A DNA stretch of 64,000 nucleotides from positions 320,001-384,000 of the forward strand of contig CAWCDG010000002.1 of NCBI GenBank assembly GCA_963794325.1, given 5' to 3'. The translations under genes were made by a program, and so were the position numbers. This document shows, piece after piece, positions 30,326 through 39,836 of the stretch. This DNA comes from an uncultured delta proteobacterium (lineage in GTDB: Bacteria > Desulfobacterota > Binatia > Binatales > Binataceae). The notes under the pieces were generated by a model. It had not been told where the DNA came from and did no database searches. It worked only from the letters and a program-made list of their open reading frames with translations. Position 1 is the stretch's first letter. Every line of letters begins with the position of its first letter.

Positions 30326-30927
30326 GGCAATTCGGGCGCCACCGTGTAGCTGTACTTTCGTCCGCGCCAGGTGAATTCGCCTTGCGCCGGGCCGAACGCA
30401 TCTCTCATGGTGGCGGATCTCTCGCTTTCCGCGATATCGGCGGTCTGAACCGGAGCGTAGGCGAGGAAGTGGCTGGAGCCAGGCGCGAGTGACGACTCGA
30501 CGGGCGGTTGGAAATTGAGCTTGTCGAGCCCAGGCTTGGGCGCCCAACCCGCGGCAGAGCCGTCCGGCGTCCTCACGAACACCCACCGATGCGCAGTGCC
30601 GTCTCCGATCAGCGTCCATTGGCGGCTCTCGGGAGCGCCCTGGTTGATTCGAAGTTCTTCAACACCGGGTGTAGCCGCGACGAGCTGATCGCAATGTTCC
30701 TGCGATGCTGGGTCGGGTCGGCTGGCTTCATTGCGAATGGCGATCTGCTGTTGAGCGTAAGACTCCAGCTGCTGCTGAGTCGGGGGAATCGCGGAAACCG
30801 GCTTGGCCCCAAAATAAGAGCATCCAGCAGAGATGAGAGTCAGCGATCCCACGAATAGCGAAAGAACGATCCGAGGGGGAGGACGCAGAGAGGGCCACGC
30901 GGCGGCGGGCCAAGAGCAAAGAGTCAT
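30304..30927 (-). CDS. Hypothetical lipoprotein
   Basis: Hydrophobic stretch with ISAGC lipobox; co-oriented with mpg. Confidence 0.6.
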   Translation of the reverse strand: MTLCSWPAAAWPSLRPPPRIVLSLFVGSLTLISAGCSYFGAKPVSAIPPTQQQLESYAQQQIAIRNEASRPDPASQEHCDQLVAATPGVEELRINQGAPESRQWTLIGDGTAHRWVFVRTPDGSAAGWAPKPGLDKLNFQPPVESSLAPGSSHFLAYAPVQTADIAESERSATMRDAFGPAQGEFTWRGRKYSYTVAPELPCFPKLP

Positions 30928-31021
30928 AACAGAGAGTTTTCGATCGGAGGCAAGGAAGTCAATGCCGGTGGCTGCTTGTATTCGTCGGAGATCTACTGCA
31001 CGCGACTGAGCGGCGCTTCAA

Positions 31022-31050
31022 TTGACAGTCCGCGGGGCAGTACCTAAACT
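31022..31050 (+). promoter_or_regulatory. Sigma-70 promoter of tRNA-Gly
   Basis: TTGACA (31022-27), 17-bp spacer, TAAACT (31045-50), then a GC-rich segment, ending 9 nt before the tRNA. Confidence 0.8.
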
Positions 31051-31059
31051 CGCGTCAGA

Positions 31060-31134
<75 letters not shown>

Positions 31135-31135
31135 T

Positions 31136-32020
31136 TTATTCGCGATTACTCACCTGTTGATTTTCGCCGAGCCCGTACACCATCGCGGTCTTGGTGGTGC
31201 CGAGTTTGATCCATTCGGCGCAGTCAAGCTGTACCCTCTTGTAGAACTCTTCGGAGAGATCGAGAGCTTCCTTGCTCACTTCGTCGATCTGATCGAACTT
31301 GCATTGGAACGCGAACTCCCCGGATAGCGATTTTTCCAGAGCGCGACTGCGCCAGATCGCGATGGTGGTCTTGCCCTTGAAGTGATGGCCGAAGTGGATG
31401 ATGCCCATCGTATTCTGGACTTCCTCGACCGCCACGTTGTTCACCAGCATCATTTTGGTTCTGGGTCTTATGTCGATTTTCTTGAGGGTCGGAAACGCGC
31501 GGGCGATGTCCTCGACGCCGCGGTCGAGCTCAATCTTGGGCGACGTAAGCACGCATCCATGAGAATAGACGCTGCGCATCCCGCCCAGGCGGTCGCGCTC
31601 GAGTAACAATTCCTCTTTGAATTTTACCTCGTCGTGTCCACCCAATTGCGGACGTACATCGACGGAGGCCGCTTCTCTGAGGTCGGGCGCGCGAAATTTG
31701 AAGGTCAGCTCGTGATCAGCACGCGGCCATCCCTGATCGTAGAAGGTGCGCTTTCGCAGGATGAAGTGGTGGTTGTAGAGATCGAACTGCGGAGTGTCAT
31801 AGAAGAGCACCTCGCGGACCTGACTGTCGAATGCGTGTTTATCGACGTCCACCTTGATGTGGAGTTTTTTAAGAGTCCTGGATGCCTCTTCCCAAAATTC
31901 GAGAAACCCTTTCTTGCTCACGAACCGATCGGGCTGCAGCAGAATTTTATACTCGCGGTAGTGAACTACGTCGCTGGCGAGATGCTGCGTTTCCGGGTGC
32001 TTGCTTATGTGCTTGTCCAT
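31136..32020 (-). CDS. CYTH-like (triphosphate tunnel) domain hypothetical protein
   Basis: YREYKILL (ExK-type strand), VLFYDTPQFDLYNHHFILRKR, ELTFKFR, KFKEE, GEFAF, terminal TKT. Confidence 0.65.
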   Translation of the reverse strand: MDKHISKHPETQHLASDVVHYREYKILLQPDRFVSKKGFLEFWEEASRTLKKLHIKVDVDKHAFDSQVREVLFYDTPQFDLYNHHFILRKRTFYDQGWPRADHELTFKFRAPDLREAASVDVRPQLGGHDEVKFKEELLLERDRLGGMRSVYSHGCVLTSPKIELDRGVEDIARAFPTLKKIDIRPRTKMMLVNNVAVEEVQNTMGIIHFGHHFKGKTTIAIWRSRALEKSLSGEFAFQCKFDQIDEVSKEALDLSEEFYKRVQLDCAEWIKLGTTKTAMVYGLGENQQVSNRE

Positions 32021-32107
32021 TTTTGGGCACCATACGATAACGAATTTGCTGAGGCGTCGCAGGAGGATCGTAGTTGGCAACGTTGGGCGACGCAATTGTC
32101 TTTAAAT

Positions 32108-33400
32108 CTAAAATTTCCAGATGACGTTGAGCGCGAGGAAATTGTAATAGTCGGATGAAAGATGGCCTTGAAGTGTTCCAGCGAGAGGTCCGCGGCGAGC
32201 ACTGTAAGGTGCAGGGCCCGCGTCCAGCAACTCCCACGCAAGGCCGGCCGTTATGTCGCGATTGATTTGATATTGAATGCCGGTGCCATATCGCAGCTGG
32301 CGATCGAGCGGCAAGCTGGGCACTCGGTTCGCCTTCGAGACCGGCGAACTGTCATAGGCAAATCCCGCTGACCAGAGCCATTTTTCACCGAACCGAAATT
32401 GCTGTCCGATCGCGATCTGACAGGTATCCGAAAAATGCAGGTTGGCCTCAACCGTCCTTTGCTTGCGGGCGGAAATTCCAACCGGGAACTCTCCGAACGC
32501 AGACCAGTTCTGCCATCCGACATTACCCATCAGGCTCCAGTTCGAGGTGACGTCGTACAGTCCGCTCAGCATTACCTGTTGCGGCACTTCCATCGGGATC
32601 TCGATCTTTGTGCCGCCGATCCTCTGTCGAATACGGTTGAGAATAGGACCAAGACCCGTGACGTGCGGCCGAAAGCCGAATTTGTAGTCGATCGGCGACT
32701 GATAGGTGAGACCGACGCGGAGTTTAGCGATCGGCCTGAGCAATAGGCCGACGTTACCGCCGAATGCCTCATCCCACGACTCGAACGCGAGGCTGCCGTC
32801 CGGCACGCGCGGAAGTGCACTGTTAATCTTCGATTGAAACAGCAGACGTCCGACTGAGAAGCTGAAACCCGCGCCCACCGAGAGCCAGTCATTCACCTCG
32901 TAAGCGATTGACGGATTGACTTTGCCGGTGAGGAGTGGCTGCCGCGTCACGTAGTATCGTCCCGTCCATGTCTTTCCGTAGTTGAAGTTTCCTCCGAAAT
33001 CGGAGACAGCATCTACGCCGAGCCGAACGCGTTCCGAGAGCTTGTAAACGTAAAAGAAACCTCCGAGGGGCATGAACACTCCGGCGTTGCCACCACCTCC
33101 GCCCGCGGTTGTCGTTTGCGGTGCCACGTCGAAGTTATTGGAGGGAAGTATGGCGCCAGATGCCCCCAGCAACTGTGAACGGTCGAGGAGAGTCATCCCT
33201 GCGGGATTGGCGGCGGCCGTTGAGGCGTCCGCGGCCATCGCCGCTCGTCCGGCGCTTGCCGTGCCGAGGTCGGGCGCGCCGGTCTCGTACAGCAACAAGC
33301 CGGCGGCTCGCGCGCAGGTGACGAAAGTCAGCAGGATGAGTGTCGCGACAGATATAGTTCTGTAAACTTTACGCAATTGCGGTTGCATTGTGAGTTTCAC
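32108..33400 (-). CDS. OmpP1/FadL/TodX family outer-membrane hydrophobic-compound channel
   Basis: Signal peptide, GLLLYE...DASTAAANPAGM, NPSIAYEVNDWLSVGAG, GWQNWS, GFAYDSSP, C-terminal F. Confidence 0.88.
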   Translation of the reverse strand: MKLTMQPQLRKVYRTISVATLILLTFVTCARAAGLLLYETGAPDLGTASAGRAAMAADASTAAANPAGMTLLDRSQLLGASGAILPSNNFDVAPQTTTAGGGGGNAGVFMPLGGFFYVYKLSERVRLGVDAVSDFGGNFNYGKTWTGRYYVTRQPLLTGKVNPSIAYEVNDWLSVGAGFSFSVGRLLFQSKINSALPRVPDGSLAFESWDEAFGGNVGLLLRPIAKLRVGLTYQSPIDYKFGFRPHVTGLGPILNRIRQRIGGTKIEIPMEVPQQVMLSGLYDVTSNWSLMGNVGWQNWSAFGEFPVGISARKQRTVEANLHFSDTCQIAIGQQFRFGEKWLWSAGFAYDSSPVSKANRVPSLPLDRQLRYGTGIQYQINRDITAGLAWELLDAGPAPYSARRGPLAGTLQGHLSSDYYNFLALNVIWKF

Positions 33401-34159
33401 TTCGACATCAATACTTTGCCGGTCGTGCTATCGATGTTGAATAGCCAGAAGGCAGTCACGTCCTCCTCAAGGATCATTGCGACCATGCCTACGCCCGGTG
33501 CAAAGAAGTTGTAGCCCGTGTTCTGCGTGTGGGCCGGTCCAACCTTGCCCTCGCACTGAACGCGGAACAGAACGGCCGGAAATACCCCAGCCGGTACTGT
33601 TACCTGGTAGGTGCCGACGTACGTGTAGGTGCCGTTGATCGATCCTGAGTACTTCTGGTCGCTGGGATCGTCAAGATAATTTACTGAGACTTGCTGCGTG
33701 TAGGATCGCGACTCTCCAGGTTGCATGCCTTTGGGCACGAATGGATTAGCCGGTGTGGTGACTACTACCACTCCTTCGCCAGCGTCGGTGAGCGCGGCCA
33801 TTATGATATCGCCCTGTTCGGTCTCGCGCATGAAGCCCGCTAAGGATGGAGTCATCTGAAAGCGCCAGGCCTTCCTGCCGCCGGGACGCCGGGTCTTCCA
33901 CAGCCCAAGAGTCTGAACGGTGCCGGCGTTAGGTCCGGCCATCACTTGGAATTGCTGCGACTTCTGTTGCAAGCGGGAAGTAAGAAGATGGATCGCCGAT
34001 AGGATTGCTCGGCAATGCGGCGCCCACCACGCCCGGACCAAGCTGAGCGGTTATATTCTGCTGATCCTGCGCTGGCAATGGCAGCACGACACCTTGGGCG
34101 CGTGCCGATCCCGAGCAAAGCAGCAAGAGGCCGAATGTCACCGCTACGAATGTTCGCAT
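33397..34159 (-). pseudogene. Secreted protein gene with an apparent +1 frameshift near 33970-33973 (pseudogene or sequence error)
   Basis: The signal-peptide ORF from ATG 34159 (GGAAGG RBS) reads to ...YFPL. It continues as QQKSQQFQV...VTVPAGVF...FFAPGVGMV in another frame if one base is removed. Confidence 0.7.
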
Positions 34160-34205
34160 CACAGTTCCTTCCTTTATCGCTGACTGGCGTCGCTGTTGAA
34201 CCAAG

Positions 34206-34517
34206 CTAGTTCACTAATCCACTCTGGACGAAGACGCTACCCTTTGGCCCGATTCGGACGCATTCGGCCTGTCCGTTGTAGTCGGGGTTGCAGATTGGTT
34301 TGTCAGCGGCAGCACACTTGAACAAGCCTGGTTCGATCTGCTGGCACTGATTGATATCGAAGTGTAGCTCGGTCTTCGCCAGTGCCGCTTGCTGGGCCGC
34401 AGATGGTTCGGACGACGACGAGCACCCGGCCAATTCCAACAGTCCTAGCAGTGCGATGGTTAAAAAGATCGGCTTTACCACTGGTAGTGCCTTCACTCCT
34501 GAGAGTTCTGTCACCAT
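34206..34517 (-). CDS. Small Cys-rich lipoprotein
   Basis: Lipobox LAGC; four further Cys (CQQIEPGLFKCAAADKPICNPDYNGQAEC). Confidence 0.7.
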   Translation of the reverse strand: MVTELSGVKALPVVKPIFLTIALLGLLELAGCSSSSEPSAAQQAALAKTELHFDINQCQQIEPGLFKCAAADKPICNPDYNGQAECVRIGPKGSVFVQSGLVN

Positions 34518-34545
34518 CGATGTTTCTCCACTCGGGTTTCGGAAG

Positions 34546-34581
34546 GCGCGGAGGGCAGTTCACGTATGCCGCCCTCCGCGC
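34546..34581 (-). other. Intergenic GC-rich stem-loop downstream of the sulfatase gene
   Basis: GCGCGGAGGGC ... GCCCTCCGCGC, 11-bp perfect arms. No U-tract, so more likely an mRNA-stabilising hairpin than a terminator. Confidence 0.55.
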
Positions 34582-34590
34582 ACAGTTCAA

Positions 34591-36270
34591 CTATTCGCCT
34601 TCGTGCTGCTTGATTGCTGCATCGATTTGGGCCTTAATCGCCGAAAGGTTGAAGGATGCCGGCGCTTGCATCGGAGGATAGTCGATCGCCGTCATCGCTA
34701 GCTGACCCACGTACTTCTGAACCATCACGAAGCGCCAGAATTCGCGGGCGTAGAAATCGTTCAAATAGCCTCCGCCCATATCGTTGGTGCTCTGGCCGCG
34801 AGTAGCGGGCGTGCGCTCGAACGGATCTTGCCGGAGGTTCACGATGGTCGGCATGTCGGTCGTGACCTTCTCTCCGGGCCAACCCCACGGCTGCTGGAAG
34901 AACTGATACTTGAAGTCGTCGATGCGCAGAGCGCCCAAGTGCGGTCCACCGAAGTAGAAGACCTCGTGACGCTTGGATGGACCATTACCGGTCAGTACAT
35001 CCATTTGGTCATAACCGTCGAGGTGATTCTTATACTCGCGGTCTCCGAGCGTCACTCCTTGCAGAAGCTGTTTGGTCACGTCGGGATTACCGGCCGCATC
35101 AGAGAGTGTCGGCAGCCAGTCGAGTCCGGAGAAAATACCGTTCTCAACGGCACCGGGCTTGACGTGACCCGGCCAGCGGATGATGGCAGGAACGCGGAAG
35201 CCACCTTCAAAGACAGTTCCTTTGGTAGCTTTAAACGGGGTCATGCCGCCGTCGGGCCAGGTGAACACCTCGGCACCGTTATCGGTGGTGAAGATGACGA
35301 TGGTGTTGTCGGCCTCGCCGATGTCCTCGATGTGCTTCAGGATCTCGCCGACGCTTTCATCCATCTGCGCCATGCCGGCCTCTTCAACATTGTAGTTGTC
35401 CTTTGCATTCATCATCGCCTGGTACTTCGGCGGCAGATAGGTGAAGACGTGCATGCGGGTAGTGTTATGCCAGATGAAGAACGGCTTGCCGTCCTGTTTG
35501 GCCTTGTCCATAAACCCGTTCGTACTCTTTACCAGCACGTCGTCGAAGGTCTCCATGTCGTACTTGGCCTTGCGACCTTCCTGCCAGTTCTGCATGTCTT
35601 TCATGTTGGGAAATGGCGCCAGAGGACCTTCATCTACGATCTTCTGCTTGCCTACCTTACCCCAGCGCGGCATCACGGTAGCGTCGTCAGTGTCGGATGC
35701 CCAACAGTGCGTCAGATTGCGCGGCCCAGTCTTGTCTATCCAATCCTGCGGGTAGTCGAACCAATACGGATCCGACATCGCGTCGAGGTGGTACAAGTAG
35801 CCAAAGTATTCGTCAAAGCCGTGGACGCAGGGCAGGTACTTGTTCAGATCCCCGAGGTGGTTTTTCCCGAATTGAGCTGTCTCATAACCCTGCGCCTTCA
35901 AGACAGTGGCCAGGGTGACGGCCTGTGCTGGCAACCCTACGTCGGCACCTGCCTGGCCAACGGTGGTCAAACCGGTACGTAGGGGCAACTCGCCGGTGAT
36001 GAAATTGGCGCGACCAGCCGTACAGCTCGCCTCGGCATAGTAGTCGGTGAACATCATGCCCTGGGAGGCAAGTTTGTCGAGGTTGGGCGTCTTGCCCGAC
36101 ATGATACCGCGGTGATAGGCGCCGATGTTAAACCAACCCACGTCGTCGCCCATGATGACGAGAATGTTAGGCTTCTTGTTCTGCGCGTATGCAGTATGTG
36201 CGAAATTCAAGCCGATGATCGCCCCGATGATGAGGGCGATCGCGAAATACCTGTTTTTCCAGACACGCAT
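34591..36270 (-). CDS. Exported arylsulfatase (Cys-type, CxAxR variant)
   Basis: KPNILVIMGDDVG, SCTAGRANFITG, FGKNHLGD, FTTDNGAE, KGTVFEGGFRVP; signal peptide; AGGAGG RBS. Confidence 0.93.
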   Translation of the reverse strand: MRVWKNRYFAIALIIGAIIGLNFAHTAYAQNKKPNILVIMGDDVGWFNIGAYHRGIMSGKTPNLDKLASQGMMFTDYYAEASCTAGRANFITGELPLRTGLTTVGQAGADVGLPAQAVTLATVLKAQGYETAQFGKNHLGDLNKYLPCVHGFDEYFGYLYHLDAMSDPYWFDYPQDWIDKTGPRNLTHCWASDTDDATVMPRWGKVGKQKIVDEGPLAPFPNMKDMQNWQEGRKAKYDMETFDDVLVKSTNGFMDKAKQDGKPFFIWHNTTRMHVFTYLPPKYQAMMNAKDNYNVEEAGMAQMDESVGEILKHIEDIGEADNTIVIFTTDNGAEVFTWPDGGMTPFKATKGTVFEGGFRVPAIIRWPGHVKPGAVENGIFSGLDWLPTLSDAAGNPDVTKQLLQGVTLGDREYKNHLDGYDQMDVLTGNGPSKRHEVFYFGGPHLGALRIDDFKYQFFQQPWGWPGEKVTTDMPTIVNLRQDPFERTPATRGQSTNDMGGGYLNDFYAREFWRFVMVQKYVGQLAMTAIDYPPMQAPASFNLSAIKAQIDAAIKQHEGE

Positions 36271-36299
36271 GAAAATATCCTCCTGCACGGCCCTTTACG

Positions 36300-37664
36300 T
36301 TATTGACCTTGACGCACATTCCATCCATTAGCCGTCAGTTGCTGACGCGCGAGCGGAGTCATCTGGCCGTTGAGCAAGATAACGCGATGGTGCATAGCCA
36401 GCATCTGAGGATCAGTTACAAAACCAGCCGTACGCGGTGTCCACGATACGTAGTCAACCGGGGCGGGCAGAATCGTGGCGCCATTCTGATCGCGTGCGAC
36501 TATCGGTCCGGGAACTCTGAGTCCTGTTATAGGAGCTTGCTGCTGACTCCATTGAACCAGCATGTGCAGCGAAGTGACCAGGAAACGCGCCTGGTATTCG
36601 GTCATCATGTTGCCGATAGCGACCGCCGCCGCGCGACGACCCGGTATGTTGCCGAGCGCCTCGAGGTCTTTGACCGCGTCAACCTGTAGACTCAAAGGAA
36701 TCGCGGTGTTTGTGCTGAACGCCACGATTTCTTCCTGCGACAAGCCGAAACTCTTCAACTTTTTCTGAACGAGGATGATCAGGTCTGCTCTAGGTGTCTG
36801 ATAGACGAGATCGTTGGTGACCGTTACGGCTGTGATGATCATTGAGCCGGGGACGGCCATCATGGCCGCTGAGACCGTCATACGAGCGGAGAACATGACC
36901 CAAGCGACATGGTTCAGCTTCTTGGTGAGGATTGGATCGGAGCTGTAAGGATCGACGTGTAGTTCATGCGCCAGCTGTCGACGGACCTGGTCGTAGCCCA
37001 GCGCTGTAAGTGTAGCGTTGCCCGCCTGACCGGCGGCTTTACCGCTGCCGAAGGAATTCGAAGCCGACGATGCTATCGTTGTCGCGCCCAGGCTGACGCG
37101 GCCAAACAAGTCCCCGACTCCGCTCGGCAAGCCGGTGACCGTATCCATCGGATGCATGATCATATTTCCCGCGGCGGCTACCGGACGTACAGCGCTTGTA
37201 ACCAGCGCATTGGCAAACACGCTGCTGTTACTCATGCCATCGAGCTCCGCGATAGCTGGAATCTCAGACAGACGTATCTTCAGCATGTCGAGGCTTTCGA
37301 CGTAGTAGGTGCCCGCGTCGTCATGAAACACGCTCGGGTCGGCCACGATGGTGTATTGGCCCATCACGCCATTAGTCGGTGCTTGCGGCTGAACGGTATA
37401 CCCCGGTCCCGAAAGTGGAGCCCCGGGCAGCAGCTCGGCCACATTGACGACCGGCGGCTCCTCGTATTGTCCTCCCGCTGCGCCAAGCTGGGACGGTTGA
37501 ATCGCTGCCATCGGCGGCGGAGGCGCTGACGGTGCGGCCGGCGCTTGCGCAGCCTGGCTCGGTGCGGAAGGCGCTGTTTGAGAGCAACTCGCCAGCAAAA
37601 ATCCGGCGAGCAGAACCGACAGCAAGCCTGTCGCACGCTTCATGTTTTTCGAGTTCAGTTTCAT
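36300..37664 (-). CDS. Hypothetical lipoprotein
   Basis: GAGGAG RBS, lipobox LLASC, Pro/Ala linker, RRQLAHELHVDPYSSDPIL, PVDYVSWT. Confidence 0.75.
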   Translation of the reverse strand: MKLNSKNMKRATGLLSVLLAGFLLASCSQTAPSAPSQAAQAPAAPSAPPPPMAAIQPSQLGAAGGQYEEPPVVNVAELLPGAPLSGPGYTVQPQAPTNGVMGQYTIVADPSVFHDDAGTYYVESLDMLKIRLSEIPAIAELDGMSNSSVFANALVTSAVRPVAAAGNMIMHPMDTVTGLPSGVGDLFGRVSLGATTIASSASNSFGSGKAAGQAGNATLTALGYDQVRRQLAHELHVDPYSSDPILTKKLNHVAWVMFSARMTVSAAMMAVPGSMIITAVTVTNDLVYQTPRADLIILVQKKLKSFGLSQEEIVAFSTNTAIPLSLQVDAVKDLEALGNIPGRRAAAVAIGNMMTEYQARFLVTSLHMLVQWSQQQAPITGLRVPGPIVARDQNGATILPAPVDYVSWTPRTAGFVTDPQMLAMHHRVILLNGQMTPLARQQLTANGWNVRQGQ

Positions 37665-37724
37665 TTTCTCCTCGGACTGCCTCTTCTGATTGGCGACAGA
37701 ATCGTCCATTTTTCCGGGTGGCGA

Positions 37725-37750
37725 TATTGTACTTTGGTACAATGGCCGGA
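37725..37750. promoter_or_regulatory. Putative operator, copy 1 (TATTGTAC-TTTG-GTACAATGGCCGGA)
   Basis: Palindromic arms ATTGTAC/GTACAAT in a divergent intergenic region; 25/26 identical to 47478-47503. Confidence 0.75.
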
Positions 37751-37763
37751 GAGGCGCCGCGCG

Positions 37764-38249
37764 ATGCATAGTTTGACTGCAAGGAACCGTGCGGATGACG
37801 GGGGGCCGTTGTCCCGCGAAAGCCGGTATCGTTACTTGGGGAAGAAATCGCCGGCCACAGTGATTGTGGTAGATGACGACGCGTCCATCCGCGGGGCGCT
37901 GCGCAGGCAACTTCGGATTTTGGAATTCAACGTCTTAGACTTCGCAAGCGCGGAAGAATTTCTGGCGAGCGAACTTCCAACCGGCGACGTTTGCCTTCTG
38001 CTGGACGTTTATATGCCCGCGATGACCGGAATCGAATTGTGCCGAAAAATGGAAGAATCAGGACGGCGACTGCCGACGATCCTGGTCAGCGGGCGCGACG
38101 ATCCGCAGACCCGGAAAACGATGCGCGAGGCAAAACCGGTCGCGAGCCTGCTCAAGCCCTTTGACGAAAAAAGCCTTCTACGTGCTATTAGGAAAGCTTT
38201 GCCGGATCGATCGAATCCTCCAGACTTGGAGCCGTCCACGACTCAATAG
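37764..38249 (+). CDS. Single-domain response regulator (receiver only)
   Basis: IVVDDD, LLDVYMPAMTG, SGRDD, LLKPF; start uncertain. Confidence 0.85.
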   Translation: MHSLTARNRADDGGPLSRESRYRYLGKKSPATVIVVDDDASIRGALRRQLRILEFNVLDFASAEEFLASELPTGDVCLLLDVYMPAMTGIELCRKMEESGRRLPTILVSGRDDPQTRKTMREAKPVASLLKPFDEKSLLRAIRKALPDRSNPPDLEPSTTQ

Positions 38250-38446
38250 CGCATTCAATTTTGTTCATTAAATTCCCGTGATCCTGACTTCCTGCCGCTT
38301 TTTTTCACAGCAGGAGGTTGGCTTTTCCGCGAGTACTTATTGTAAAGTTTGCCAACGAAAGGATCGTTCCGTCACCGTCCTCATCCTCCGTTTTTCGGTC
38401 TGGATCCAGGGCATTCGATCTGAGCGCGCGGTATCCGTTTTTATTG

Positions 38447-39793
38447 ATGCAACCTCGAACGCCCAATGCCACCGTCGCGCTGAAACGAGACCGGGGTGCG
38501 CGCGTCGCCCGCGAGCGGCGGGAGGTGGTGCGCTTCGAATCATTGGTCGGCGAACTGTCGGCTGCGATGGCGCGAGTGCCAGCTGATGAAGTCGACGGCG
38601 AAATCGAATTATGGCTAGGCAAAATCAGCCGAGCGCTTGATCTGGACCGGAGCGCCGTATACGAGCGCGATTCGCTGGACCAACCGGTGCGCGCAACGCA
38701 TACCTGGGTTCGACCGAATTTCCCGCCCTTCCCGCCGCACTACGATCCGGAGAAGTTCTTTCAGAGAAGCACCAGGTTGGTCATGTCGGGCAATACGCTT
38801 ACGTTCGCGCGTCCAAGCGAGATTCCGGCTGAAAACAAAGATGCAAGGCGCTTCGTAGAGCGATATGGACCCAAGGCTTCCGCGGCGATCCCGATGTGGG
38901 CCGGTGGCAAAGTCATCGGAGCGGCGACTTTCGGCAAGTTCCGCTCGCCTCGGAAATGGCCGCCTGAGCTGCTCGATCAGCTGGCGCTGGCCGTGCGACT
39001 TTTTGGGAGCGCGATCGAGCGGAAACAAGCCGAGGCGGCAATCCGCGCGGTGCGTACCGAACTCAGGGTAGCTTCGCGCCGCAACTCGATGAGCGAGCTG
39101 GTTGCTTCCCTCTCGCACGAAATCAACCAGCCACTCGGCGCGATTTTGAGTAACCTCGGCGGTGTTGCACGTTTGCTGAACCAGGGAAATCCACAGCCGG
39201 CGATGGCTCTGGAAGCGGTTAACAGCGCGATTGACGAGACCAAGCGGACCGCTGAAATCGTCCGTCGGATCCGCTCAATGTTCAAGGGGCAAGTTGAGCA
39301 CAAAACCGCTATCGGCATCGGCCGCTTGATTGGCGAAGTGGTCAAGCTAACTGCCGGCGAGGCTTCGGTGCGGAAGATTTCAGTGCAAACCGAGATCTCG
39401 CCGCCCGGACAACGAGTCATCGGCGACTCGATCCAATTGCAGCAGTGCGTGCTGAACCTCCTGATGAACGCCTTCGACGCGATCACGGAGGCCAAGTCGG
39501 CTCGACGCGAGGTCGCAATCAAGGTGCAGTCGGAAAAGATCGGATGGGTGGGAGTCAGCGTATGCGACAGCGGCGGGGGCATTGCTCCGGTCATCGCGAA
39601 ACGCCTGTTCGAGCCATTCGTTACTACCAAGACCGACGGAATGGGACTCGGCCTGCTCGTCACCCGCTCAATCGTGGAGAGTCACGGCGGAAGAATTTGG
39701 GCATCACCGAATCCGGAGCAGGGCACCACCTTTACCTTCACTCTTCCTGTCGCCGAACGGAAACGATTAAGCGCATCGAGACGCCTCGATTGA
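38447..39793 (+). CDS. Cytoplasmic GAF sensor histidine kinase (FixL-like transmitter)
   Basis: SLSHEINQPL H-box, QCVLNLLMNA N-box, DSGGGI, FEPFVTTK, GMGLGL; N-terminal GAF-like region; no TM segments. Confidence 0.9.
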   Translation: MQPRTPNATVALKRDRGARVARERREVVRFESLVGELSAAMARVPADEVDGEIELWLGKISRALDLDRSAVYERDSLDQPVRATHTWVRPNFPPFPPHYDPEKFFQRSTRLVMSGNTLTFARPSEIPAENKDARRFVERYGPKASAAIPMWAGGKVIGAATFGKFRSPRKWPPELLDQLALAVRLFGSAIERKQAEAAIRAVRTELRVASRRNSMSELVASLSHEINQPLGAILSNLGGVARLLNQGNPQPAMALEAVNSAIDETKRTAEIVRRIRSMFKGQVEHKTAIGIGRLIGEVVKLTAGEASVRKISVQTEISPPGQRVIGDSIQLQQCVLNLLMNAFDAITEAKSARREVAIKVQSEKIGWVGVSVCDSGGGIAPVIAKRLFEPFVTTKTDGMGLGLLVTRSIVESHGGRIWASPNPEQGTTFTFTLPVAERKRLSASRRLD

Positions 39794-39836
39794 ATGTCCT
39801 CTGCTGGGTCGTCGACCCTTTTGACTGCTTCGTCAT

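Noticed and set aside
37725-37743. FNR/FixK or CRP box interpretation of the palindrome
   Set aside because: The half-site is TTGTAC, not TTGAT or TGTGA. It is kept as an unassigned operator instead.
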